From: a virus
Taxonomy: Duplodnaviria; Caudoviricetes
DNA: 64,000 bases
IMG/VR virus record: IMGVR_UViG_3300028797_000101
Coordinates: 64,001 to 128,000 of that record
Reading direction: 5' to 3' (one strand)
Of this stretch, positions 37,623-50,840 are shown piece after piece. Positions within the stretch are counted from its first letter, which is position 1, and each line of letters opens with the position of its first letter. The notes under the pieces were generated by a model that worked only from the letters and a program-made list of their open reading frames with translations, did not search any database and was not told where the DNA came from. Made by a program: the position numbers and the translations under genes.

Positions 37623-40600
37623 AAGAGATTAAATGTCCATATGACTTAAACCAATTTCTTTTAAGAGAGCCCACATTTGAAAATACCTTCCCAGAAGAAG
37701 AATGTGAAGCACGAAAATGTTATGGAGATTGTTTTCATTGTTTTTCGACATCAATAGCAGGTCGTGACCATCAACTAAAAGCATCGGCTGCTGTAATGAA
37801 CAAGATAAAGTCAATCGTTGCAGAGTGGAAAGCTGACACATGGACGGACAATGTTTCTTATGATTGCATGTCTAAAATTGCAGATGTATTGGCAGAAAGC
37901 GAGGATGGAGAATGACAGCGGAAAGAGAAGAAGCAATCAATGAGTGGCTAGGAGTACATTGCCAGACTTGCATGGAAAATCTTGACAGAGGCACCGGATT
38001 TGTAAACTGTCAAGCCGAATGTGAGGTACAGAAAGACATTGGAATTGCTTGTATTCATTATGAGGAATATATGGCAGAAAGCGAGGATACGGAATGAAAA
38101 ATGTTTCTTTTGATTTATCTACACTAAAGATACTTCTTGCAGAGAGTGAAGATAATCACAAGCCTTGGGAGAGATATTCAGTCATAGACGAGGCGAACGG
38201 AGTAGTATATCAAGGTACATGGGGTACAGTATTCAAAGTTTTGAAAACAGCTATAGAAAGCTTTGGAAAGTGAGGATGAAGGATGAAACTAAAACCAGTA
38301 TATGTTGTGCATAGGGAGAGTGATGGGTACGACTACTCATATATCTTTGGATACGACAGGTTATTTTCGCTTTTTGGCAAAGTTTATGTCAAAACAAATC
38401 GTTCTTTGATTTACGCACTCACTCATTTTGGAAACATTTTGCATTTTGACAGCAAAGATTGTTTTGATACCGTAGCGGAAGCAAAGAAAGCGATTGAATA
38501 AAGCAATGTGGGGGCAATAGATCATTGTCGCAAGGCAGGAAGCGAGGATAAGAAATGATAAAGAAATTAGCGACACTAACAGTACGAAAAAGCGCAGATT
38601 GGTCAAATACCGTTGTTAAGGCATTGAAAGAAGCAGGATTCACCGTAGTTCTGGAGCAGGACGGATTGATTGAAGATACATACATCATCGCCGAAAGTGA
38701 GGAGAAGAAATGACGAGAGATGAATTAGTAGCACATTGTAGACGGAAGATAGCACACTGCGAGAGATGGGCAGCAATCAAAGGAGAAGAAATCTCGAACG
38801 ATAAAGTGTATGATGAGCACAGATTCGTTTTAACATTGCTAACTCAACCTCGCGAAGATGAGGTCAACGTGGCAGATGCAATAAGACTTGCAGAGCAAGG
38901 ACATGTGAGAAGACATAAACCCTTTAATGAGATTGCTAAGCAAGCTTGTCACGAGGACAAGATGAAGGTGCTGGAGAAGATTAAGAAAGAGATAGAAGAG
39001 TACAAGTCAACTATCGATAGAGCTATATCGGAAGATGAGTTAAAAATTGAAGGAATGAAAGTAGCTTATACTGATTGCCTTGAAATCATCAACAAATACA
39101 TGGCAGAAAGTGAGGATGAGACATGAAAGTATTCATAGCAGTAAAATTCAAGCCATTTGAAGCAGAGAGAATTGTAGGAGTTGGCAAGTCTGAAAAAGCA
39201 GCTCTTGCTATTCTCAGAAGGGAGTTTCCTTACATGCGAGGAACTGGGAACAGCATGTCGTCCGATAAGAATAATACATATCTACTCGCAATTCGGGCAG
39301 TAGAAGTAGAAGAATAAACAAAAGGTTTTACCATTACACGAAGGAAAGCGAGGACAAGTAATGTGGTTGCTACTACCGATAGGAACAATCATGTGCGCAG
39401 TAGTATGTATAATATGTGATCTGTTTTTGACGAACGATAAACCGAGTCCGTGTGACAATTGTGTTTATCGTTTTTGTGTTTCTAACCAGCATCTTACGAT
39501 ATGCGATGAGTGCAATGATGGGAGCAATCATAAGGTGGAAAGTGAGTGCGCAGAATGACAGAAATCATATCAAAGCCATTTGACTGGAATGACAATTTAT
39601 CAGAAATAGCACAAGAGGATTTTTCTTTGATACAGAAAAACCTGCCATACGGAACAGCTACAACGATAGGGATGGCTTTGGCAAAGTTGGCGTTATTAGA
39701 AACGCAAGGATGCAAGGTTGAGTTGCAGGAAAGCGAGGACGCAGAATGACAAATGAAGAAGCAATTAAAGAAGCAATTACAAAATTAAAACAACAACAAG
39801 CTGAATATAATGATACGTATGTTGATTTTGCTGGTGTAAATGATGCATATAATTTAGCAATCCGTTCCCTTGAAGCGTGGGATAAGGTGAAAGCAGCGAT
39901 TACTGAAACCATCTTGTATTACAAAGATTGGGGTCTGGTTGAACTCAAGGCACAATACAAAGAAGAAGCACTTAAAGAGGTATTAGAGTGTATTAACAGG
40001 CACCTAAAGGAAGGTAACGAAAAATAATGGAATTCGTTATTGTAATTGAAACCCAGTATTCATAAATGAGGCGAACGAAGAATGACACGGAAGGATATTC
40101 GGAGAATCAAAGAAGGTGACACCATATATGATTCAACAGGTTGGGCTCAGGATGTTTTTGAAGTCCAAAAAGATGGAGTTGTTACTATTTGTTGTCGGGA
40201 GAATTATGCAGGGTACTTTTCAGAGAACAAATTCTATACATTCGATGATTTATTGGGTGACGAGTACATGTTGATTCAAGAGTGATGAGTACACGTTGAT
40301 TCAATGAAGGGCGCGAAGATGGAAGAAAGTGAGGATAAGGAATGAATTATACAGGCATATTAAGTCCAGATGGTAGTTTAATAGAATGTGAAAGCTACGA
40401 ACATCTTGATTTAGCAAAAGAAATTGCTGAAAAACTTAGTAGTGAATATTCAAACAAGAATGGTGTTGCATGCGAAGAATATCTACAGAAGCTAGGCTAT
40501 ATCATTGTAAGAGCACGTGATGTGTACGGACTTGTCGGCTATTTAGATGATAATGGCAAAGTTATATACCTTTCGAGTGAACAGAAGAAATGGTTGGAAG

Positions 40601-41093
40601 ACAATTATGAAGACTTTCCAACCGATAAACAAAGGTCTGTTGATGATCTTATAGACCATAATTGCTGGTATGATGCAGAATGAAAGAGAGGAGGACGAAT
40701 CTGATGACACTTAGTGAAGAAAAAGATGATTTACTGGCGGCTTTAAGAATTGCACAGGCCGATCGGGATAAGTGGAAAGCAAGAGCGCAGAAACTTGCTG
40801 AGATAGCTGGAATCAAGACCAGTGACATAGATGTGATAGATTCTACTTATAAAATCTATGACGAATGTATGACTTGCGAGAATAAAGATGACGTCTGTAC
40901 CTGTTCCAGAATGTTTGAGAGAATGGAGTGAACCTGATGAAGAACAAGGCAAGTAGCAAGCCATGCAACAGAAAGAACTGTCTGTATTACGGAATGACAT
41001 TGTGTCCATACAGAATGGTATGTGAATACTCCGTTCTAAGTACATGGGCGGATAGACATCTTAAGGAGTTTGATGAGAAAGGAGATAGACGAA

Positions 41094-41456
41094 ATGCAGA
41101 TAGTGATCGATATTGACGAGGATGTAAAGACTAGATTTTGTTCTGGTCTAGGAATACCTTCGGATACTTCCGCAGTTGCTGATGCATTATATAAAGGCAC
41201 ACCTCCACCAAGCTGGGTTCCAGTGAGTGAGAGATTGCCTTTATTAGGTCTACATAAGATATCTGAGGATGTGTTGATCACCAATGGCTTTGAATTCTTT
41301 ATGGGGTATCTTGTGGAAAGGAAGGGTAAGCTCTCTTGGCGTTATTATGACTCTGGTAGTGAAGTTGAGGTAGGTAGTGTGGACGATGATGTAACTGCAT
41401 GGATGCCATTGTCATTGCCCAAGCCGTATAGAACAGAAAGCGAGGATGAAGAATGA
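41094..41456 (+). CDS. DUF551-like mosaic protein
   Basis: MQIVIDI...KGTP N-module fused to WVPVSERLP...VTAWMPL. Confidence 0.7.
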   Translation: MQIVIDIDEDVKTRFCSGLGIPSDTSAVADALYKGTPPPSWVPVSERLPLLGLHKISEDVLITNGFEFFMGYLVERKGKLSWRYYDSGSEVEVGSVDDDVTAWMPLSLPKPYRTESEDEE

Positions 41457-44400
41457 GGTGGGTAACATTTCACTACAACGAGTTAACCGAAAAAGTATCG
41501 AAATTAAAGGTACACGAAAATAAAGAAACGGCATTAAAGTATTTTAATAGCAATATGAGAGATTTCTTTGAAATTAACATCAATTTTAAAGCCCAGGAAC
41601 TTCCCGCTACTTATGGATACGCCTTAAGAAAGTATTGCGGAATATCCGCAAGGGCATTCAAGAAAGAGTTTGGTATTAGTGTAGATGAAGCGTTAGAAAC
41701 AGCACAAGGTAGAAAGTGAGGGCGCAGAATGACGAGAAGTGAACACAAGTATCAAAAAGCAATCAAGATGCTCGCAGATGAATACCGGAAGTCGCAAGCG
41801 ATGGTATTTGTTTACAAGCCAATGGCATACGCATTGTATCAAGTTTGGAAATGGTTTGACGAACATGAAACGCCGAGAATTGCAGAAAGTGAGGACAAGG
41901 AATGACAACAGTTTATTGCGATTGTTACGATTGCTACAACAATGATGACGGCAAATGCGAACTTGATGCTATATCAATGAGTGGAAGAATGACAGGCGGT
42001 GGATGGCTTACGTTGTGTGACGATTATCAAGAAATAAATAGAGAAGATTTTGAGACACAGGAAGGAGTGACACAAATGACTAGAGATGAAATGATTGAAA
42101 CATTGATTGTGTTTTGCAACTATAAGCGTCTGGGCTGTCACTACCCTGACGATTGTGCATTGTACGAGGTATGCCGTAGAAGAAACTTCCATACTATGGA
42201 AGACGAAGAACTACAAGCAATGTATTCCATCATAAAAGCTAAGTCGGAATCTACAAGTATACAAATTGAAATTCCGGCAGGAGCAACAAATGGAGATATG
42301 ATTAAGTTGCTTTTTCCTAATTGTCATTATGCTCTTGGAAGCAATCGTAGAATTGAACTTGCCGTAAACAACGGAATTTGCAGTTTCGATTATGATTGGT
42401 GGAATGCGCCGTATGTGAAATGAAGGGAGCGAATCGGATGCAGATTGTTATTGATATTCCTGATGTACCGATACAGGACTACCAAGATTTGTACTACAAA
42501 ATACACGGGATAGCAGCAAGCGAAGGGTTATTTGATGACAAAGAAAAATCCCAACGCGCACTTGCCTTGAAAGCTGTATTGGATGTCTTGAATGGGGTCG
42601 TGAATGGCACGCCGCTCCCTAAAGGACATGGGGATTTAATTGACCGTGATGAATTGATAAAAGACAGAGTATCAAATGATAATACTGTAATTCTTGCAAA
42701 TACAGCAAAGACAATCATTCCTGCGGAGAAGGGAGAGTAACTGATGCAGATTGTTATTGATATTTCAAGTTACGACAAAGAATGGATAACTAATGGTCAT
42801 TACACTCCAGAAGAGATAAATATGAGAATTTCGGAAGCAATAGCAAAAGGCACACCTATTGATGAAACAGATAATTCAGTATTAGAACAGTTGAAAGATG
42901 AAATCGAAGAAAAGGGATTCAATAGTCCTTTAATGAATCCTGTATTCACAATGACTGAGATACTAGAAATGATTGACAAGCATATAGTAAGCAATCATAG
43001 GAAAGGATAATAAAAGTGAGGAATGAATATGGCAGATATAGAATTGGCTATTAAGATACCTGCGGCAATATATGAAGCATCACAGATCTTAGACGTTAAA
43101 CATGAAGATACTATTCAGATTCCGCTGGAAGTTATTTCAAACGGCACACCGTTCACTAAGTGGCATGAGGACAAGGTGAAAGTTCTGGAGAAGATAAGAT
43201 CCGAACTCTGGATGGAAGGAATGAACCTGACGGGAGAGTATCAAGGTATTTGGGTGCGATTTAGAGACATTGAACGCATCATCAACAAGCACATAGCAGA
43301 AAGCGAGAAATAATGATGATGTTTGAATTAGGAAATCAGTACATAGTAGATGTAACCGAAAAGGGAATAATTCCGGTTGCAAAGTTTGACTGTGAGAGAT
43401 ACTTCGACAGAGATACCGATGACCTAGAGTTTCTCACAGATGAGGAAAAGTCTGTAGTAATCAAGCAAGTTCTAGTTGCGATTCGTGAAGAATTGACGAG
43501 CGAAACGAAGTATCGTCCTGAATTTGCCTTCAGCAGCGCACTATCTCGTGCGCTTGACATCATTGATAAATACATTGCAGAAAGCGAGATGAATTCATGA
43601 AAGTACAAGAAATACCTGTAAATATAAGATGTTTAGAGTATACCCAGGACAAATCAGACAGCGATTATGGTTCATGTTTATATGCAAGATTCTATTTCAA
43701 TCTTGAAAAGTATGAACTGAATATCATATCTGATTGCGGAGACTATTCATATAAGTGGATGGCTACACCTGAGCATGAATCATTCCTTGAACTTCTAGCA
43801 AGGATAAACAGCGATTACCTTATCCGGAAGCTATGCGGAAGTCCTCGTACATTCAATTATGAAAAGACAAAGGAGAATTTCTACAAATACGCAGATGAGG
43901 AAGAAAAGAACAAGTTAGACACAATCTTTGAATATATGAATACGCCCAGCAGCGGAGATGCTTTCCTTGAAATGCTTGAAAATTATTCACTTGACTTTAG
44001 CGAACCTTGGGAGTGCCTTGAATATGAATACAACTTCCAGCAAAGACGGATCGTTAATATATTTGAGCAACATATTCAACCGGCAATAAAAGAGATGCTT
44101 AAGTCACAAGGCAAACAGTAGTGGTGAAATACACAGAAAGGATAAACAATGAATAAGATCATCTGTCCCAAATGCGGAGAAAGAGAAATGTATGGAATTC
44201 TTGAAAGATGCCATCAAACTTTAGTGTTTGACGCAGATGGAAATCCTTGTGGTGCAACAGAACTCATAGGTGATGGATGTGGAATCCCTAGATGTTTGAA
44301 GTGTAACAGCAAAATAAAAATAGTAGATGGGAGTCAAGACACATGAACGAAGAGGAAGCGATTGAAATATTCCGAAAATTCTGCGAGTTAGGCAAAGATA

Positions 44401-46587
44401 TATCATATATTGAGGATGTTGTGCCATGGGCTCTGGAACAAACGCTTGCTCTAAGCAGAAAAGGGACAGTCAATAGACGAAACGAAAACCATTCTGAGAT
44501 GGTCAGAGAATGGAAACAAAAACATCCAAAGGGTAGGAAGATCGAATGTTCACGAGACCTCAGAATATCAAGACCCACAATTGATAAATATTGGGATCTG
44601 TATGATGTGTACCAGAACATGTGACAGAGGAGGAAGGGTCTAATGGATGACGAAATCAAAGTAACTATCTACATACCTAGGAAGACAATCAGAGAGCGCG
44701 GCATGGATGGTTGCACTGTTGATTTAAGTTTTTGCGACGGAAAATTATGTCAAGCTATTAAGGTGGACGGAACAAGCGAAAAATCGTTGTATTTTGATGA
44801 TGGTGAAGAGGAAGATGTCAAATGAATAAGTGACCAGTAGATAGAACTAAGAAATCTAACATCAAATGCGAGCATTGTTTTTACGCAGATGCAAACAAAT
44901 GTTCAAGGTACTGGTGTGTACTGCACCAGAAAGAGAAGAACTATTGGAACAGGTGTAAGGATTTCATGTGGGGAGAAGAGGAGATCGAGAAGCAATGACA
45001 ATACCTAAAGAGATAGTCGATAAGATGAAACAGGTCAATTCTCTTATGGGAGAGATAGACAAGTGGCTAGACGAAAACATTGAGCTTGAGGGCTCCAAAC
45101 ATGACTACAGACAGTGGATGGCAGGAGATTATGCGCATTCAGATTGGTATCAGTTTACGGACGAGGCGCGTGGTGACGAACAGAATGACGGCGAGTATTG
45201 CAACCAGTGGTCTGTAGACGACAGCGGCGACAGTTTTGAAGGATATTACTACTATCCCACAGAGACTGGCGAATATTTCTACTTCCAATATTGGTTGTGA
45301 TCTGCAGAAAAGTGAGGTATGGACGATGGCAGAAATAACAGTTGATAAGGCAGGGCTCTTAGAAGAACCTTGCCTATCTTGCAATAAAGCATATGTTGAA
45401 GACATCTGGTATGAATGGTGTTGTGATGAAAAAGAATGCCCATACAAGATAGAAAACAAGCCACAAGAATGGAGAGGAAGCATGAGTAAAGTATCTTTTG
45501 AGATTGAGGATGATGCTGTGATCAAGCATACGCCTATGCCAGAAATAGGAGAAGGCATCTATAAAAGTGAAGTTGTAATCACTAAGGAGATCTTTCAGAA
45601 GTGCTACAAGCAGTGGATTGCGCCACAGGAGGAGAGAGTAAGGAAGGAGAGACTGTGGAATGCAGATAAATAAAGCGATGCTTGAAAGAGAAGCATATAG
45701 ACTCATAAGAATAGAAGCCAGAAGATTTGACAGAACCACAACGGATAGTGAGTTAGGTAATTACGTTCGTGGTGTAGTCGATTTACAGACACAACTGTAT
45801 GGCGAACTTAACAAAGTAGAAAGTGAGGAAGCAGTGCGAGAGGATAAGAAATGATGCACTGACGTATGCAACAACAAATTATATAGAAGGAGAATAAGCA
45901 TGGGAGTTACTTTGTATTATGGCTACTATTCAAAGGAATGTAATCACCCAAAGGTGTTACCTTATCTTAGCAGAGAAGATTGTGATGATTGTAGCGGAAA
46001 ACTTGACATTAGCTTCTATGATATGTGTAGAACATTTGCAGAGTATCATGAAGATGCAGCGTGTTGGGTGTTTTCTGATGTGCTAGATCTATTCAACTTT
46101 GCAAGCAACGAAGCAGTTCCTGCGTGTCTCGCTACTTATATAACAGAACATCATGAGGACGACTTGATATTTATAATTTGGAAGCGATAGGAGGAAACAA
46201 GTAATGAGAGTTGAAGAAATGGCGTTAAGAAGTGAAATACGGCAGATGCTCAATGAAGCCGGTTTCAATAAAAATACTTTGAAAGATCTCGTAAAGGCTG
46301 TGCTGAAAGAAGAGTTAAACAAGGCCATAAAACAAGCAATCGCAGAAACTAATTGCGATATAATGGAATACACGAAGAAGAATATCGACTATATTATAAA
46401 CAAGGCTGCGGAAAAAGTGGTTAGAGAAAAGATCACTGATACTATAGTAGGTAACTACTTCAAGCGAATGAAAGTAGATGTAAATATCGATCCCATAATG
46501 TCATACAAGGGCGACAGTACGGACAAGGAATGACAGATCCTATATGACAGGGAAATATTTAGCATATAAAGGCGAGGTTGATGTAGA

Positions 46588-46902
46588 ATGTTGATACTGC
46601 CAATCAAGAAAAAGTGGTTTGACATGATCTTATCAGGTGAGAAGAAAGAGGAGTATCGGGAGATCAAGCCATACTACGACACTCGGTTCAAAAACATTTG
46701 GAGTTATCCTGCATATTTTAGCGAGACACACATGATAAGATTCCGCAATGGATATGATCACACTTCACCATCGTTTGTTGCGAAAGTAAGTCTTAGAATA
46801 GGAACAGGCAAAACTGAATGGGGTGCAGAATCCGGAAAGCAGTATTACGTGTTGTGCATACACAATGTATGCAAGGAGGATAAGAATGCAAGTAGTGATT
46901 GA
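46588..46902 (+). CDS. ASCH/PUA-like domain protein
   Basis: LPIKKKWFDMILSGEKKEEYRE...FRNGY. Confidence 0.8.
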   Translation: MLILPIKKKWFDMILSGEKKEEYREIKPYYDTRFKNIWSYPAYFSETHMIRFRNGYDHTSPSFVAKVSLRIGTGKTEWGAESGKQYYVLCIHNVCKEDKNASSD

Positions 46903-49716
46903 GATTGACGACTATCTATACAATCAGATCTTTTCTGACGCAGAAATCATGATATACACAGGCAGAGGATGCGGGAAAACCTTGCTAGCCACACTACTAA
47001 GAAGCACACGAACAGGCACGACGCTCCCTAAAGGGCACGGAAGATTGATTGATGCGGATGCTTACAGAAAAGAAATGTTAGATAGTAGAGAGTTTGATTT
47101 CTTCAAACGACTTGATATGCAACCAACAATCATTCCGGCAGATAAGGAAGGAGAAGACTAAGAATGGCAGATATAGAATTAGTAATTAAAATACCTGAGG
47201 ATTCTTACAAAGCTACTTGTAACGGGTTCATGTTACCTCCCGATGTTGAGAACGTAGTGCAAGGGATCAAGCATGGTACACCACTACCGAGATGGCATGG
47301 TGATCTGATTGACCGGGACTATCTAGCTGTAACACCTATCGATGCTACCGATTTACCTGCGGACAAATGCTTGATGGTTTATTGTTCGGAAGAAGTAGAC
47401 GATGCTCCAGTAATCCTTCCGGCAGAAAGGAGAGTGATTGTAAATGACTGAGAAAGAAGCAATAGAATATCTTAAACGTGCTGATATAACAGTGGGGCAA
47501 AAGATAAAAACAAAGACAGCAGAAGCACTTGAAATGGCGATCCATGCTGTGGAAACAATTGAAAAATTGAAGAGGATGATTGATATGTACTCGCAGCAGG
47601 GTCATGCGCCAACCCGAACAATATCAATGGAGAATTTGAAGGATATGCTTGAATGAACGCCAGACAAAAGTGCAAGAAACTAAAGCAAAGAAACCAATTG
47701 CTCATGAATGTTGTAACTGCAAATCCTGACTTCCTTAAAGTTTTTAATTACTGGGTCAATAAATCGTTTAAGGGTGTAAACTCACAGGTACGTTTACACA
47801 CATACGCAGCTACTTATCCTATTGATTCTATATATGGCAATAAAGCAAAAGAATTTGCTGAAGACCAAATAGTTGAAGAATTGTCTTACGCTATTAGAGA
47901 TAACATAGAATGGAGAGTTGAGGATCATGACCCGTATCATATAGAACTTGAAGGCAGGATAATGATTGTAGAGAAAGCGACGGTGATCAAATGACGGACA
48001 GCGGTTATGTACTGAAGACAAAAGATGGGCTGTATTACTGCGGCATGAACATATTTGACAAGCAACTTAGGATGGCAAAGATTTATCATAGCAAGAGATA
48101 TGCGGAAGATGCCAAGGAAACGATGGAACAAATGAAAGGCTATCACATTTGTCTTGTTCATGTTGAGATTATGGAGAAGGAAGGTTGAGTGAATTATGAA
48201 AGAGAAAATAATTGCTTGGCTTGACAGAAGATTTGAAAACATGAAAGATTCGACATTGTATGATGATGATGGAAATCGAATTTGCTGGGATATATCCGCT
48301 AGAGAAGAACTTCATGTGTCACATATTGAGAAGATTGTGGAGATTCTAAACGCTGACGTAACAGTCGTGCCTTTTCGTGGCGGGAGTTATGCGAATAAGA
48401 CATATTACATGTATACGGCGTATTTCAGGTATCGCGGTTTTAAGGTTTTTGAAATTGACAACGGTGCTATGGTGACGAAGTTAAAGAGTTTGGAATCTGA
48501 TGGCAAAATAACATTAACATTTAAGGAGAGTGAATACGAAGATGCAGATTGTGATTGAGATTGATGATAACCTTTATACACGACTTTTTGATAATGGCGT
48601 AGATAACTATGATGACGCTGTGGACATGGCAAAAGCGATCCGCAAAGGCACGCCACTCCCGAAGGGGCATGGGCGGTTAGTAGACATCAAAGAGATATTG
48701 GACGCATATGAAAATGCGTACAAAGGTACACGATTAGGTGATTTGGAGGCATTTCTGAGTGACTACGTGCAGACCGTTGTTCCTGCGGATTTAGTCAACG
48801 ATTGTCTTGTTCATGTTGAGATTATGGAGAAGGAGGACGCAGAATGAAGGTATCAACCGTAATTATAAGAATCAAAGAGAATGAAAAGTTTATTGAGAAA
48901 TATAGAATTTTTTACAATAAGAAGATTCAGCCAGCTATCAGTGAATTTGATGATTATATGAAAGCACATGATGAGAAATTGGATTGTGTATCTATTAAAT
49001 TTACTAGGAATGATTTAAGCGACTTGTATGATATGCTTTCAAAAATGGCGTCATTATGTAATGATGAAAACGAAAGATTTGAAGAAATGGAAGTTAATTA
49101 AAGTGTTCATAAAAGTGCGCGTTGAGATTTCTGAGAAGGGTGGTGATTGAGATGCAAAGAACCCTTGAACATTGTGGACTAATCACAAAAATAGGTGACA
49201 AAGATTTTCCACCAAATCAACATGATGGTAAATGTGATGGATATGCAGTAAGTGAACACGATGATGAGCCTTGTTATATTTGCAAGGAATGCAAACTTAA
49301 TACTTTTTATGAGGAAAATAACTAATGTTAAAAACTATAAGATAAGGAGTGTAATTAAATGAAAAAGACTGATTTTAGACGTAATCTGGAATCAATCATC
49401 ATATCTAAAGTATATGCTTGTTCAGATGTAAAACTGGCACAAGCTGCCGCATTGATGATTGACTGCCAAGATTGTCCTATTAAACGCGAATGTTGGGAAT
49501 TAGGATTAGGATGCGAAAGTGCGTACTATAATCAGATCATTCCAGTAAAGGAGAGTGATTGAATGAGTATTTGGAGTGACCACGATTGTGGAGCATTGTC
49601 TGACGAAGATTTTGAACGGGAATGTATCCGCATGAATAATCGTGACAAGATCGAGAAAGAAGCCGAATGGGAAAGATTGTACCATGACGATGATGAGGAC
49701 AGCGAAGGAGGCTTGA

Positions 49717-50001
49717 TTGATGAAGATTAGAATTTGTGGAGTACCTTACACAGTTACGGAATGCGAAGATAAATTTACGGCAGATGCTACGCATTACGGG
49801 CAGATCGAATATGGCAAGGCAGAAATATTGATTAACAAAAATATGCCTACGGAAGTGCAAGAAGAAACTCTCTACCATGAGGTGCTGCATGGAATGCTTC
49901 ACCATCTAGGATTCTATGAGCAATCCAACAATGAGCAGTTTGTTCAGGCGCTCTCTAACGCCATTTATCAGACGTTTGAGATTAAGAAAGGATCTGAATA
50001 A
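49717..50001 (+). CDS. small HExxH metallopeptidase-like protein
   Basis: YGQI...I.IN...ETLYHEVLHG...E. Confidence 0.7.
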   Translation: MMKIRICGVPYTVTECEDKFTADATHYGQIEYGKAEILINKNMPTEVQEETLYHEVLHGMLHHLGFYEQSNNEQFVQALSNAIYQTFEIKKGSE

Positions 50002-50840
50002 TGAAACTTGAGTATACGTCACCAAACGGCTATCGAGGTGTTCTACATACAACCTCTGACATGAGCATCTATGATTCAAATGGAAAGGAAGTTTTACATA
50101 CACGTTCCAGTGTAGTAAATAATCTAGAAGAGCTGAAAGTAGTAGTCGAACAAATGCCGGAACTAAGTAAGCAATTAGACAAACTGTTAAGTATTGATGA
50201 GTCCGACAGATATGCATTTTCTGTGATTCGTTAATAGATGTGAAGTTAACAAAACCTTAGATGATACAAAAGTATGGAGGAGGTTTGCACATGTTTAAGA
50301 ATTTAATCATTTCACTTATGGGCAGTTGGATCATATCTAACATGAGCTTCTGGATGTATGATGATGTCTTCGATGAAGTTCTGATATTTATTGGGTTCAC
50401 AATAGTTCTGTTTGTAACTGTTGCCGCTGTAGAAGATGCAATTAAATCTTACATGAGAAAACGTTACATGAAGAAGTGGCGTGTAAATAGATTCAAAGAT
50501 GTAGTAAAACAGAATACTACACATGCTGCACGTGTTCAAGAATGTGATGAGATCATTTGCATGTTAGAAGACACAAAAAGAAAGCGTAGATAACTTATAG
50601 GAGGGCAAAACAGTTATGTTGACAATGGGACAAGGAATAGGTATATGTTTACTTCTATTTGGATCATTCCTATTTGGATACATGCGGGGAAGGGCAGCAG
50701 AACGACAAAGATTTCGAGAATTTGTACTGAAAGACATATTGAAAGAGATTCAGGACATTTCCGATGCAAAGAAACCTTTTGATAAACTAGATCAAACAGA
50801 AAAGAATAGAAATTAGACAACATATCTCGATAGCATCATT

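Larger units (their letters stand above)
30485..50816 (+). other. array of roughly 65-70 short, co-oriented, translationally coupled accessory genes
   Basis: mostly 50-190 aa ORFs with ATGA-type overlaps, recurrent GAAAG(C/T)GAG junctions and shared peptide modules. Confidence 0.85.

Noticed and set aside
41739-41945. 68-aa track ORF
   Set aside because: The better-supported gene is in another frame, 41729-41905 (MTRSEHKY...IAESEDKE), with junction motifs at both ends
30485-50816. Classical integron
   Set aside because: No integrase and no palindromic attC sites; junctions are short direct motifs overlapping RBSs
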